In this document: positions 20,455-29,333 of the stretch, one piece after another
Position numbering within the stretch: position 1 is the first letter of the stretch
Layout of the letters: each line of letters begins with the position of its first letter
Program-made: the position numbers and the translations under genes
The notes under the pieces: model-generated
Told to the model about the DNA's origin: nothing
What the model saw: only the letters and a program-made list of their open reading frames with translations
Database searches by the model: none
Origin: Bacteroidales bacterium
GTDB lineage: Bacteria > Bacteroidota > Bacteroidia > Bacteroidales > JALTDM01
Reading direction: 5' to 3'
DNA: 46,998 bases
Assembly: GCA_027074135.1 (NCBI GenBank)
Contig: JALTDM010000260.1
Span: 1,413-48,410 of the forward strand

Positions 20455-21507
20455 TTATTTGATTTTCATCACTTTGGCAAAAGATGGTTTGAAATATCTT
20501 TTAATTTCTTTGTAAGGTATTTTTATTTCTACAGGACCTGCTGCATATGGTGCAATATCATACACATTATAGAAAAAGTAAAAATATTTATTGTCAAAAT
20601 AGAAAACATTACTTATAAACATTTCAGTATAAACATTGTCATAATATCCTGACTTTTTTAATTTTTTGATTATTAGTTCTTTTATGCTTGTTGAATCTTT
20701 TTCATAAAATATATCGTTTAGTGTTATTTGTTTATTGTGTTGTTTATCAAAAACATATGAAATGGAATAATAGATACCGTGTGCCCCGCCGGTGTAAGAA
20801 CTGTTGTCTGACTCCATTATAATAAATCTGTTATTTTCATAAAATTTATTTACATCTGTTTCATACGAGTATGATGCCATGTATGTGTCATCAAGTATTT
20901 CATTCTTATCAAAAGTTCCCATAGTTTCGTAGTAATCAAAAATATTTAGATCTATATCTTTTTGTACTTTTTCGTCATTTGTCAAGTTAGGGAATCCAAA
21001 GATAGTGTCCATGATTACTTTACGAAGTGTTTTATTAACTTTGGGTAATAATATATGATAAAATAAGGAAATTCCTACGATGTCCGTATCAGAGTAAAGA
21101 GGTAAATACTTATTGTAATAATATACGGTATAGCCCGCACTGTCTTTTTTTTGAAAAGAGTTTTTTGCGGTTAAAATGAATTTTAAAGTTTTATTTCCGG
21201 ATGGTGTCTGCCAAGTTCCTGTGAATTTGTTGTTAATTATTTTGCCCGAGAAGTTTCCTGTGGCGGTACTGTCTTGAGTTTGTTCCGTTAATTTAATCTT
21301 GTTGTTTTCAAGTTGTCCTTTCAGTAACAATACTTGCCTTATTTTATTGTAAAAGTATTTCCCTTCAACACTATCATTGTCTATATCTAAGTACATAGTT
21401 ATTGGATATGTACTGATTTTACCCTCCAAATGCAAATGGCTGTGTGTAACATTTTGAGCGTGTGATAAATATGAGAGTAAAAATAACAAGGTGAAAAATT
21501 TTTTCAT
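20455..21507 (-). CDS. Secreted DUF4163/DUF3298 (PdaC/RsiV C-terminal-like) domain protein
   Basis: Signal peptide MKKFFTLLFLLSYLSHA. YTGGAHGIYY and APYAAGPVEIKIPY motifs recalled from DUF3298 proteins. Confidence 0.75.
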   Translation of the reverse strand: MKKFFTLLFLLSYLSHAQNVTHSHLHLEGKISTYPITMYLDIDNDSVEGKYFYNKIRQVLLLKGQLENNKIKLTEQTQDSTATGNFSGKIINNKFTGTWQTPSGNKTLKFILTAKNSFQKKDSAGYTVYYYNKYLPLYSDTDIVGISLFYHILLPKVNKTLRKVIMDTIFGFPNLTNDEKVQKDIDLNIFDYYETMGTFDKNEILDDTYMASYSYETDVNKFYENNRFIIMESDNSSYTGGAHGIYYSISYVFDKQHNKQITLNDIFYEKDSTSIKELIIKKLKKSGYYDNVYTEMFISNVFYFDNKYFYFFYNVYDIAPYAAGPVEIKIPYKEIKRYFKPSFAKVMKIK

Positions 21508-21520
21508 AGATGCTTTAATT

Positions 21521-22324
21521 TTAGATTTTTAATTTTTTTAAATATTTTTCAGCAATTTGTTGATTTTCAATCTCTTTTTTTCTGCATTTGCTTAAATCAA
21601 GAAATTCTTTTTTGATGTCTATTCCTACAAAATTTCTTTTTAGAAAATTTGCTGCAATTCCTGTCGTACTGCTTCCTGTAAACGGATCTAATATCCAATC
21701 TCCTTTTTTTGTAGATGCCTGTATTATTCTGGTAAGTACCAATAGAGGTTTTTGTGTCGGATGTTTACCACAAGATTTTTCCCACTTTGCGATGGCAGGC
21801 AAAGCCCAAACATCTTTCATTTGTTTGCCACCATTAATTTCTTTCATTAGTTCATAATTGAAATAATGGGGAATTTTTGCATTTTTTCTTGCCCAAATTA
21901 TTTGTTCTGTGGAATGAGTAAAATAACGACGGGAAAAATTTGGCGGAGGGTTTGTTTTTTGCCATGTAACTATGTTTAAAATTTTGAAATGAAGTTCCGT
22001 TAGTATTTGACCTATGCTGAAAATATTGTGCATTGTTCCGCTTATCCATATTGTGGCGTCTTCTTTCATTTTATCTCTAACAAGCCTCAGCCACCTTCTG
22101 TTGAAATCATTAAGGTATTCAAATCCTTTTGATTTATCCCATTCTCCTTTGTTTACACTTGTGATTTTTCCGTTTTTTATTGTTAGACCGTCATTTGATA
22201 GAAAGTAAGGCGGGTCGGCAAAAATCATATCAAATTTAAAATCAAACTTGGGTAATACCTCAAAAACATCACCGTGAATAAGTGTGAATGCCCTGTCTTT
22301 GGATTGAAAGTAGGGTTTAATCAT
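21521..22324 (-). CDS. Beta-class N6-adenine DNA methyltransferase, DpnA / M2.DpnII / M.MboIC-like
   Basis: FADPPYFLSNDG, ITWQKTNPPPN, RYFTHSTE, GKHPTQKP, DPFTGSSTTG. Collinear with my recollection of S. pneumoniae DpnA. Confidence 0.92.
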   Translation of the reverse strand: MIKPYFQSKDRAFTLIHGDVFEVLPKFDFKFDMIFADPPYFLSNDGLTIKNGKITSVNKGEWDKSKGFEYLNDFNRRWLRLVRDKMKEDATIWISGTMHNIFSIGQILTELHFKILNIVTWQKTNPPPNFSRRYFTHSTEQIIWARKNAKIPHYFNYELMKEINGGKQMKDVWALPAIAKWEKSCGKHPTQKPLLVLTRIIQASTKKGDWILDPFTGSSTTGIAANFLKRNFVGIDIKKEFLDLSKCRKKEIENQQIAEKYLKKLKI

Positions 22325-23219
22325 TCGACAAAATTGTTTTTAGAATATCTTTTCTTAACATTTCCAAATTTAGCAAATAATCTGCTTTGTCAAAGTATTC
22401 TCTCAGAGGTTTTAATGTGGACTTCCAACCTGCGCCGTCGGTTATCCAAATAAATTCTATGTCTTGGTTATTCCAAAATTCATTCATCCGAATATATTCG
22501 GTTGCGGTTGATTTTAGTTTGGAACCTCCGCCGCCATAAAAATTAACTTCAATAAAGTAAAGTTTACCGTTTTTGTTTATTACGAAATCTATTATACGTG
22601 ATGATTTGTCAACTTTAACATCAATGTTACATGCTCGCTTAATTTTATTTGTCGTAGCTTGAGGTATGTATTCGTATCCTAATTCATTGCAAGTATTTCT
22701 TATAAATTCCTCAACGATTTTTTCCATCAAATACCCACCTCTGTTTTTTCTTCCGTTGCTGTCGAGTCCTACTTCTACACCTGTTGCATAATCAACCAGG
22801 TTTTTGATTTTTTTGTTTTCCAACAGTTCACCCAATCCACTTTTTAAAATGAAATCCGCAAATGTTTTTATTTCTTCTTTTTCATATGTTTTCTTGGAAA
22901 AATCAAATTTGTGGTAAATAAAGTTCCGTGTATCAATTAAAACTTCCAAAGATTTATCCCTTATGGCAAGTAATATGGGAATGGCTTTGATAACTTCAGG
23001 ATATTTTGATAATAATTCAACGGTTTCTTTGTGCAAATCTTTTTTACCTATAAGATAATTTAGCAAATTTAGTTCTTTTTCAATTGGTTCAATATTTTGC
23101 AAGACTTTTTCCCACTTAACAAAATAATCCCATTGAGTGATTTTTTCTTTAAATGTAGAAGTTATTTCATTAGATAATTCATCTTCCGATTTGTTTAGAA
23201 TTGAGCACAATTTTTTCAT
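22317..23219 (-). CDS. Type II restriction endonuclease, DpnII/MboI family (predicted GATC)
   Basis: LVDYATGVEVGLDSNGRKNRGG, IDFVI..., FIEVNFYGGGGSKL, FIWITDGAGW. These match conserved blocks recalled from R.DpnII. Flanked by two methyltransferases. Confidence 0.88.
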   Translation of the reverse strand: MKKLCSILNKSEDELSNEITSTFKEKITQWDYFVKWEKVLQNIEPIEKELNLLNYLIGKKDLHKETVELLSKYPEVIKAIPILLAIRDKSLEVLIDTRNFIYHKFDFSKKTYEKEEIKTFADFILKSGLGELLENKKIKNLVDYATGVEVGLDSNGRKNRGGYLMEKIVEEFIRNTCNELGYEYIPQATTNKIKRACNIDVKVDKSSRIIDFVINKNGKLYFIEVNFYGGGGSKLKSTATEYIRMNEFWNNQDIEFIWITDGAGWKSTLKPLREYFDKADYLLNLEMLRKDILKTILSND

Positions 23220-23222
23220 AAA

Positions 23223-24134
23223 TCATTGATTTGTAATTAGTAGTTCTGTTAATTCTCCTCTTTTTTCTGGATTTGAATTTATGTTTCTTCTTGCAAAAAC
23301 TCTCTTTATTTGAAACTCTCCATATAAATTCTCAAAAAAATTATCTTCGGGATTACCTTGTTTAGGATCGGAATTGCTCAAAATCCATTTATAGCCTGCA
23401 GAGTTTATTTTTTTGCAGAAATTTGCAAGCCTTATTTGTTCATTATCGTCAAAATCGTTTTGGTTGTAAGAATTGAAGCTTGATGTTTTATTTAACGGTC
23501 TGTAAGGCGGATCACAGTAAAATAAAGTGTTACCGCTTGCATAATTCAATGTTTCTTCAAAATCGCCGTTCAATATTGTTACATTTTGCAAAATACGGTT
23601 TACTGCCTTTAAGTTGTCCTCATCGCAAATCAAAGGAGTTTTGTAATTCCCAATCGGTACATTAAATTCATTCCTCTTGTTTACACGGTAAAGGCCGTTA
23701 AAACAAGTTCTGTTTAAAAAAATCAATAATGCAGCTTGTGTGGTTTTATCCGAACTTCTTTCATTGAATTGCTTTCTTTTTTTATAATAGTATTCTTTTT
23801 TTGCATCGGGGTAGTCTTTTAAAGAGTGATATTCTTTTTCCCATTCGCTTAAAATCAAAATAAGACCTTCAACATCGTTTTTTATTGTTTTGTATGTATT
23901 GGTAAGGTCTGTATTTATATCATTGATTATAACGTTTTTTATGTTGTTTTTGTATTTTTGCAACATCCTAAATAAAACTGCACCACCACCAACAAACGGT
24001 TCGATATAAGTAAACTGTGTTTGTTTGAAAACACTAGGGATAAGCTTATCTGTTTCGTGTAGTAATTGGGTTTTTCCTCCCGCCCATTTTATAAACGGTT
24101 TGGCAATAGCTTGTTTTACCTGCGTAACTTTCAT
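23223..24134 (-). CDS. Alpha-class Dam-like N6-adenine DNA methyltransferase (M1.DpnII / M.MboIA-like)
   Basis: KPFIKWAGGKTQLL, EPFVGGGAV, CDPPYRPL. Confidence 0.93.
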   Translation of the reverse strand: MKVTQVKQAIAKPFIKWAGGKTQLLHETDKLIPSVFKQTQFTYIEPFVGGGAVLFRMLQKYKNNIKNVIINDINTDLTNTYKTIKNDVEGLILILSEWEKEYHSLKDYPDAKKEYYYKKRKQFNERSSDKTTQAALLIFLNRTCFNGLYRVNKRNEFNVPIGNYKTPLICDEDNLKAVNRILQNVTILNGDFEETLNYASGNTLFYCDPPYRPLNKTSSFNSYNQNDFDDNEQIRLANFCKKINSAGYKWILSNSDPKQGNPEDNFFENLYGEFQIKRVFARRNINSNPEKRGELTELLITNQ

Positions 24135-24159
24135 TGTAATTATATAAAACGACTATTTA

Positions 24160-24167
24160 CAAAAATA
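24160..24167 (-). promoter_or_regulatory. Bacteroidota-type -7 promoter element TAnnTTTG upstream of the R-M operon
   Basis: The minus strand reads TATTTTTG about 26 nt upstream of the Dam-like ATG. It matches the Bacteroides sigma-A -7 consensus TAnnTTTG. Confidence 0.35.
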
Positions 24168-24211
24168 GCCAAAAAAGATGTATAGTGTATGTATTATCCT
24201 GCTTATTTCAC

Positions 24212-26005
24212 CTAATCATTCAACTTTAGCACAGCTAAAAATGCTTGTTGCGGTACTTCTATTTTGCCGACTTGACGCATTTTCTTTTTACCTTTCTTTT
24301 GTTTTTCCAAGAGTTTGCGTTTACGGGAAATGTCGCCTCCGTAACATTTGGCAGTTACATCTTTCCTGTATGCTTTAATGGTTTCGCGTGCTATGATTTT
24401 GGCACCTATAGCGGCTTGAATGGCAATGTCAAATTGCTGGCGGGGAATGAGTTCTTTCAATTTTTTGCACATCTTTTTGCCGAACTGGTAAGCATTATCT
24501 TTGTGTATGAGTGCAGACAAAGCATCTACTTGCTGGCCGTTGAGCAAAATATCCAATTTTACCAAATCGGACGGCTTGTAACCTATGTGGTGGTAATCGA
24601 ACGAAGCATATCCGCGTGAAATACTTTTCAGTTTGTCGTAAAAGTCAAACACAATTTCGCTGACCGGCATTTCAAAATTCATTTCAATACGTGTGGGGGT
24701 AATGTAAGTTTGATTTACGAGTTTGCCACGCTTATCTATGCAGAGATTCATTATTGGTCCTATAAATTCGGCTTTGGTGATAATTTGTGCACTTATGTAC
24801 GGCTCTTCGATGTGGTCAATTTTGTTTTGTGGCGGAAGTTCGGACGGATTGTAAACATCTATTACTTCGCCGTTTTTCATATAAACCTTGTAAAGTACAT
24901 TCGGAACGGTGGTTATTACATCTACATTAAATTCCCTGTCGAGGCGTTCTTGTACTATTTCCATATGCAGTAGTCCGAGAAATCCGCACCTGAAACCGAA
25001 ACCGAGAGCAAGCGAGTTTTCCGGCTCAAATACTAACGAAGCATCATTGAGTTGCAGTTTTTCAAGCGAATCACGCAAAAGTTCGTAATCGTCACTGTCA
25101 ATAGGATAAATACCTGCAAAAACCATTGGCTTCACATTCTTAAATCCTTCTACAGGCTTGTCGCAAGGTCTTTCTACATGAGTTATTGTATCGCCGACCT
25201 TTACCTCACGTGAGTTTTTTATTCCCGAAACAATATAGCCTACATTACCGGCTGTTAATACTTCTGTAGGTTGATAATCCATTTTCAGCACGCCTATTTC
25301 TTCTGCATCGTATTCCCTGCCTGTGTGGAAGAATTTAACGCGATCTCCTTTTTTCAGTGTTCCGTTAAATATGCGGAAGTATGCAATTATACCTTTGTAC
25401 GGGTTAAAAAGCGAGTCGAAAATCAATGCTTGCAAGGGTGCTTCAGGGTCTCCTTCGGGTGCCGGAACTCTTTCCACTATTGATTCCAATATTTTGTCAA
25501 CGCCTTGTCCTGTTTTTGCGCTTGCTTCTATTATTTCGTCCCTGTCGCATCCGATAAGGTCAACGATTTGGTCTTTTACTTCTTCGGTCATTGCTTGCGG
25601 CAGGTCGATTTTGTTTACTACAGGGATAATTTCAAGGTTGTAGTCTATGGCTTGGTAGAGGTTTGCAATGGTTTGTGCCTGAATGCCTTGCGTTGCGTCA
25701 ACTACGAGGAGGGCTCCTTCGCATGCCGCAATTGCACGCGATACTTCATAACTGAAATCAACATGTCCCGGTGTGTCTATGAGGTTTAGCACATATTCTT
25801 TGTCATTGTGTTTGTAGTTCATTTGGATGGCGTGGCTTTTTATGGTAATGCCGCGTTCGCGTTCTATGTCCATATCGTCGAGCACTTGGTCAACAAGTTC
25901 GCGGTCGCTAACTGTGTTAGTTATCTGCAACATCCTGTCTGCCAGTGTGCTTTTACCGTGGTCTATGTGTGCTATTATACAGAAGTTTCTGATGTTTTCC
26001 ATATA
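24212..26005 (-). CDS. lepA: Elongation factor 4 (LepA)
   Basis: [21 protein letters not shown]. The characteristic LepA C-terminus is present. The ATG giving [10 protein letters not shown] is preferred over the track start at 26038. Confidence 0.98.
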   Translation of the reverse strand, partial: YMENIRNFCIIAHIDHGKSTLADRMLQITNTVSDRELVDQVLDDMDIERERGITIKSHAIQMNYKHNDKEYVLNLIDTPGHVDFSYEVSRAIAACEGALLVVDATQGIQAQTIANLYQAIDYNLEIIPVVNKIDLPQAMTEEVKDQIVDLIGCDRDEIIEASAKTGQGVDKILESIVERVPAPEGDPEAPLQALIFDSLFNPYKGIIAYFRIFNGTLKKGDRVKFFHTGREYDAEEIGVLKMDYQPTEVLTAGNVGYIVSGIKNSREVKVGDTITHVERPCDKPVEGFKNVKPMVFAGIYPIDSDDYELLRDSLEKLQLNDASLVFEPENSLALGFGFRCGFLGLLHMEIVQERLDREFNVDVITTVPNVLYKVYMKNGEVIDVYNPSELPPQNKIDHIEEPYISAQIITKAEFIGPIMNLCIDKRGKLVNQTYITPTRIEMNFEMPVSEIVFDFYDKLKSISRGYASFDYHHIGYKPSDLVKLDILLNGQQVDALSALIHKDNAYQFGKKMCKKLKELIPRQQFDIAIQAAIGAKIIARETIKAYRKDVTAKCYGGDISRKRKLLEKQKKGKKKMRQVGKIEVPQQAFLAVLKLND

Positions 26006-26167
26006 CGGATAAAATTCATTTGGTTTGCAAAGATACAAATAATAGTTGGAATTTTTTATGTTACGTGTTTGGCGTGAAAATGCTTTTATGCCAAATTGTT
26101 ATAAGAAAATAGGATATTCAAAAAAAACTTGTAAATTAACACACAGAAAAAATTAAAAAAAATTGAT

Positions 26168-28027
26168 ATGTTGAATTTGAGGAATAATTTCATAATGGCG
26201 CCTGTTAAACTCGGCTACACTGCAGGTGACGGTAAAGTCACAGATAAACATTTGGCTTTTTACGGAAAAAGGTCTAATCATGCAGGTGCGGTTGCTTTAG
26301 AGCCTTTGTATATTCATAAAGGATTGAGAGAATTGCCTACACAATTGGGTATAGACGATGATGATAAAATTGAAGGTTTGAAAAGGCTTACGGATTTAAT
26401 TCATTCAAAAGGTGCAAAAGCGATAGCTCATCTGAATCATCCGGGTAGAATGGCTAATCCTAAAATTCCTGGAAATTTTTGGCTTTCTGCTACCGATAGA
26501 CCTTGCGAAAACGGTGGAGCTACGCCAAAAAGAATGACAAAAGACGATATTCATGAAGCCATTGATATTTGGACACAAGCTGCCATTAGGGCAGAAAAAG
26601 CAGGTTTTGATTTTGTGGAATTGCAGTTTGGTCACGGGTATTTGGCAGCACAATTCCTTTCGCCTGTGGTAAATGACAGGGATGATGAATACGGAGGCAG
26701 TTTGGAAAACAGAATGAGGTTTGCATTCGAAGTACTCGATAGTGTTAAATCTGCCGTAAATATTCCTATAATTGCGAGGGTTACGAGTGATGAAATTTTG
26801 CCTCAAGGAATTAAATCGGATGAAGCTAAAATTTTTGCGAAGGAATTGGAAAAGAGGGGAGTGGTAGCATTGCATGCCGTAGCTGGAAGTGCTTGCAACA
26901 CACCGCCGTGGTTCTTCCAACATATGTTTGTGCCAAAGGGTAAGATTTGGGAATTTGCAAGCAAGATAAAAGATGTGGTTAATATTCCTGTAATTTTTGT
27001 GGGCAGGATTCACAATGAAGAAGACATAACTACATTGAAAAATAAATACGGTGCAGAATATTTTGCCCTTGGCAGGGCATTGGTTGCCGATGAAAATGTG
27101 GTAGGTAAGCTAACAGGTGAAATAAAAGAAAACATAAGACCTTGTTTGGCTTGTTCGGAAGGTTGCCTCGGAGGAGTAAAGTCGGGTAAAGGCTTGCAAT
27201 GTGTTGTAAATCCTACTGTTGGTACTACGTTGGAATTTAACAAGGTAAAGACATCAAAGAGAGTGGCTGTTGTAGGTGGCGGTCTTGCCGGTATGGAAGC
27301 AGCAGTCAGGTTGAAAGAAAGAGGTGCTGAAGTTACTTTGTTTGAAAAAGAAGAACTTGGCGGTCAGTTTAATTTGGCATATCTGCCGCCGAACAAGCAG
27401 AGCTTGAAAGAAATAGTGAAATATTACAAAAATGAGATTGAAAACAAGGGTATTACTGTGGAACACAAACTTGCCACGGAAGAAGATTTGGTTGGCAAAT
27501 ACGATAAGATTTTAATTGCTACGGGTTCAAATCCTTCTGTACCACCTATCAAGGGCTTGAACAAGTATTATTGGACAGAATTTTTGAAAGACGACCAATT
27601 GCCGTCAGGTAAAAAGGTTGTTGTTGTGGGTGGTGGACTTATTGGAGTGGAAGTTGCATCAAAACTTGTTGATAACAATAATGAAGTGATAATCATAGAA
27701 ATGTTGCCGGAAGTGGCAAACGGAATGGAAATGATTGAAAAGGTGATGACACTTAAGAAGTTGAAAGAAAAAGGCGTGAAAATTTACACTTCCACACTTG
27801 TAAAAGAGGTGGTTAATGATTCTAAAATAATTGCCGAAGGTGAAGATGGTACAGTTGAAATAGACGGTATTGACCATATTGTAATGGCAACAGGAATGAA
27901 GTCTGAAAACGGATTGTATGAAAAAATTAAGGATAAGGCTGATGTTGCCCTTATCGGTGATGCCAAAAAGGTAGGCAAGGCACAAACAGCTATTTACGAT
28001 GCTTTTGAAGCGGTGATGAGTGTTTAA
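26168..28027 (+). CDS. FadH/NADH-oxidase-like flavoprotein: OYE TIM barrel, 4Fe-4S motif and FAD/NAD(P) domain
   Basis: OYE-like N-terminus (HLNHPGR, ELQFGHGYL). C-x2-C-x3-C-x11-C (CLACSEGC...C). Two Rossmann motifs (VVGGGLAGME, VVGGGLIGVE). Confidence 0.88.
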   Translation: MLNLRNNFIMAPVKLGYTAGDGKVTDKHLAFYGKRSNHAGAVALEPLYIHKGLRELPTQLGIDDDDKIEGLKRLTDLIHSKGAKAIAHLNHPGRMANPKIPGNFWLSATDRPCENGGATPKRMTKDDIHEAIDIWTQAAIRAEKAGFDFVELQFGHGYLAAQFLSPVVNDRDDEYGGSLENRMRFAFEVLDSVKSAVNIPIIARVTSDEILPQGIKSDEAKIFAKELEKRGVVALHAVAGSACNTPPWFFQHMFVPKGKIWEFASKIKDVVNIPVIFVGRIHNEEDITTLKNKYGAEYFALGRALVADENVVGKLTGEIKENIRPCLACSEGCLGGVKSGKGLQCVVNPTVGTTLEFNKVKTSKRVAVVGGGLAGMEAAVRLKERGAEVTLFEKEELGGQFNLAYLPPNKQSLKEIVKYYKNEIENKGITVEHKLATEEDLVGKYDKILIATGSNPSVPPIKGLNKYYWTEFLKDDQLPSGKKVVVVGGGLIGVEVASKLVDNNNEVIIIEMLPEVANGMEMIEKVMTLKKLKEKGVKIYTSTLVKEVVNDSKIIAEGEDGTVEIDGIDHIVMATGMKSENGLYEKIKDKADVALIGDAKKVGKAQTAIYDAFEAVMSV

Positions 28028-28108
28028 TTTGATAATGTGCTAATGTGTTAATGAATTGATTGGTTTTTAATGAGTTAGTAAAAAAGCATAAAAGTAAAAC
28101 TGAAAAAT

Positions 28109-28435
28109 ATGAAAAAGATTTGTATACCCACAAATGACCGTAAGACCATAGCTCAAAGAACTGGTAGGACAAAAGAATTTGTGTGCTATGAAGTTGAAGA
28201 TGGCAAGATTGTAAATAAGTATTTTATTGAAAATCCGCATCATGAACACGAGCATGATGAGGGTGAAGAGGAAGAACACCACCATAATGAAATAATTGAA
28301 ATTTTGGATGGTGTTGATGTTTTTGTAGTAAAGGCTGTTGGTAAGTTTTTACGTCAGGATTTAATTGATGCAAATGTAAATTTTGTGAGAACTAATAAGG
28401 ATAAACTGGATGAAATAATAAAAGATTATTTATAG
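28109..28435 (+). CDS. NifB/NifX-like (dinitrogenase FeMo-cofactor binding fold) small protein with a His/Glu-rich loop
   Basis: 108 aa. The overall pattern resembles PF02579-type proteins (FVCYEVEDGKIV..., VDVFVVKAVG). The insert reads NPHHEHEHDEGEEEEHHHNE. Confidence 0.6.
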   Translation: MKKICIPTNDRKTIAQRTGRTKEFVCYEVEDGKIVNKYFIENPHHEHEHDEGEEEEHHHNEIIEILDGVDVFVVKAVGKFLRQDLIDANVNFVRTNKDKLDEIIKDYL

Positions 28436-28457
28436 AAATTAAAAGTGTGTTTAATAC

Positions 28458-28494
28458 AAAAAAAAGGCTACTCAACGTGGGCAGCCTTTTTTTT
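28458..28494. terminator. Bidirectional intrinsic terminator-like hairpin (A-run / stem / T-run)
   Basis: CAAAAAAAAGGCT-13 nt loop-AGCCTTTTTTTT. Lies between the NifX-like gene (+) and tRNA-Leu(CAG) (-). Confidence 0.55.
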
Positions 28495-28495
28495 G

Positions 28496-28579
28496 TGCCC
28501 GGAACAGGACTCGAACCTGCACGGTCTTGCGACCACATGACCCTGAATCATGCGCGTCTACCAATTCCGCCACCCGGGC
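28496..28579 (-). tRNA. tRNA-Leu (anticodon CAG), class II with long variable arm
   Basis: Folded by hand. Acceptor GCCCGGG/TCCGGGC, D arm GCG-GAATTGGTAGA-CGC, anticodon arm CATGA-TTCAGGG-TCATG, variable arm GGTC-GCAA-GACC, T arm GCAGG-TTCGAGT-CCTGT, discriminator A. CCA is not encoded. Confidence 0.93.
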
Positions 28580-28594
28580 TTGGGTTTCAATGAA

Positions 28595-28626
28595 TAAAAA
28601 AAGGGACAAATATTATTGCCCCTTTT
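28595..28626 (-). terminator. Hairpin plus T-run between the two tRNA-Leu genes
   Basis: The minus strand reads AGGGGCAA-TAATATT-TGTCCCT, a 7-bp stem with one G.U pair, followed by TTTTTTT. Confidence 0.4.
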
Positions 28627-28630
28627 CGAG

Positions 28631-28715
28631 TGCCCAGAACAGGACTCGAACCTGCACGGACCCAATGTCCACATGGCCCTCAACCATGCGCGTCTACCAG
28701 TTCCGCCATCTGGGC
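28631..28715 (-). tRNA. tRNA-Leu (anticodon GAG), class II
   Basis: Folded by hand. Acceptor GCCCAGA/TCTGGGC, the same D and T arms as its neighbour, anticodon arm CATGG-TTGAGGG-CCATG, long variable arm GGAC...GTCC. Confidence 0.93.
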
Positions 28716-28736
28716 TGATTTTGTAAAAGAGCGGTG

Positions 28737-28744
28737 CAAAAATA
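28737..28744 (-). promoter_or_regulatory. TAnnTTTG -7 promoter element upstream of tRNA-Leu(GAG)
   Basis: The minus strand reads TATTTTTG about 22 nt upstream of the mature tRNA 5' end. Confidence 0.4.
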
Positions 28745-28900
28745 ATGTTTTTTTAAATATCAAAATAAATTTTTTTGAAATCTTTTCTATGATAAGACAG
28801 ACTGAACTGTTTTATATGTTCATTTACATTATTAACTTAATTGGACCCGTCTATGTGATAATGAATTAATGTGATAATTTGCTAATTTTTAGGTTTTTTT

Positions 28901-29186
28901 CTCGTCATTGCGAGGAGCGAAGCGATGTGGCAATATGCACAAAAACTACCACGTCATTGCGAGCGAACGCAGTGAGCGTGGCAATCTGATTAATTTATGA
29001 GATACTTATGCCACTTCGTGGCTCAGTATGACGGTGAAGGGTCGGCAGATACTCACGCACCTTCGGTGCTCAGCATGACGGTGGGAGTGAATGAGATTAT
29101 TACGCCACCGCAGGTGGCGTAATAATAACGATGGGTAATGAGTTAGATTATTACGCAGCCTTCGGCTGCTCTTAATGACGTGGGGG
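28901..29186. repeat. Array of six ~45-51 nt GC-rich hairpin repeat units (two forward, four inverted), REP/BIME-like
   Basis: Forward units start CGTCATTGCGAG at 28903 and 28953. Inverted units begin at about 29001, 29046, 29093 and 29144. On the plus strand these read aGAT(A/T)(C/T)T(T/C)A(C/T)GC, stem, TTC or GCA loop, stem, then a tail of the type TCAGYATGACGGTG, which is looser in the last two units. Two further GC-rich palindromes follow at 29206-29215 and 29238-29257. Confidence 0.85.
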
Positions 29187-29333
29187 TGTTTTGTATTTTT
29201 CCGTTACCGCGCGGTTGTGTCTCGTGGATATGACTAGCACCGCCTTTTAAGGCGGTGTCATAATATTTACCGTTAAATTTGGCTTTAGCCACAGAAATAA
29301 ATCACGATTTAATTTTCTAATGCGTATTTGGGT

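Noticed and set aside
20447-24211. Mobile element or defence island borders around the R-M cassette (integrase, transposase, direct repeats, extra defence genes)
   Set aside because: No recombinase or repeat is visible. The flanking genes are era, a signal-peptide DUF3298 protein and lepA, so only the three R-M genes themselves are supported as accessory.
28527-28869. Two plus-strand ORFs (63 and 79 aa) from the track
   Set aside because: They are read across the reverse complement of the two tRNA-Leu genes. The tRNA cloverleaves explain the sequence.
28901-29186. CRISPR array interpretation of the repeat cluster
   Set aside because: The units abut each other with no unique spacers of uniform length. 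The repeats are degenerate and occur in both orientations. No cas genes or leader are nearby.
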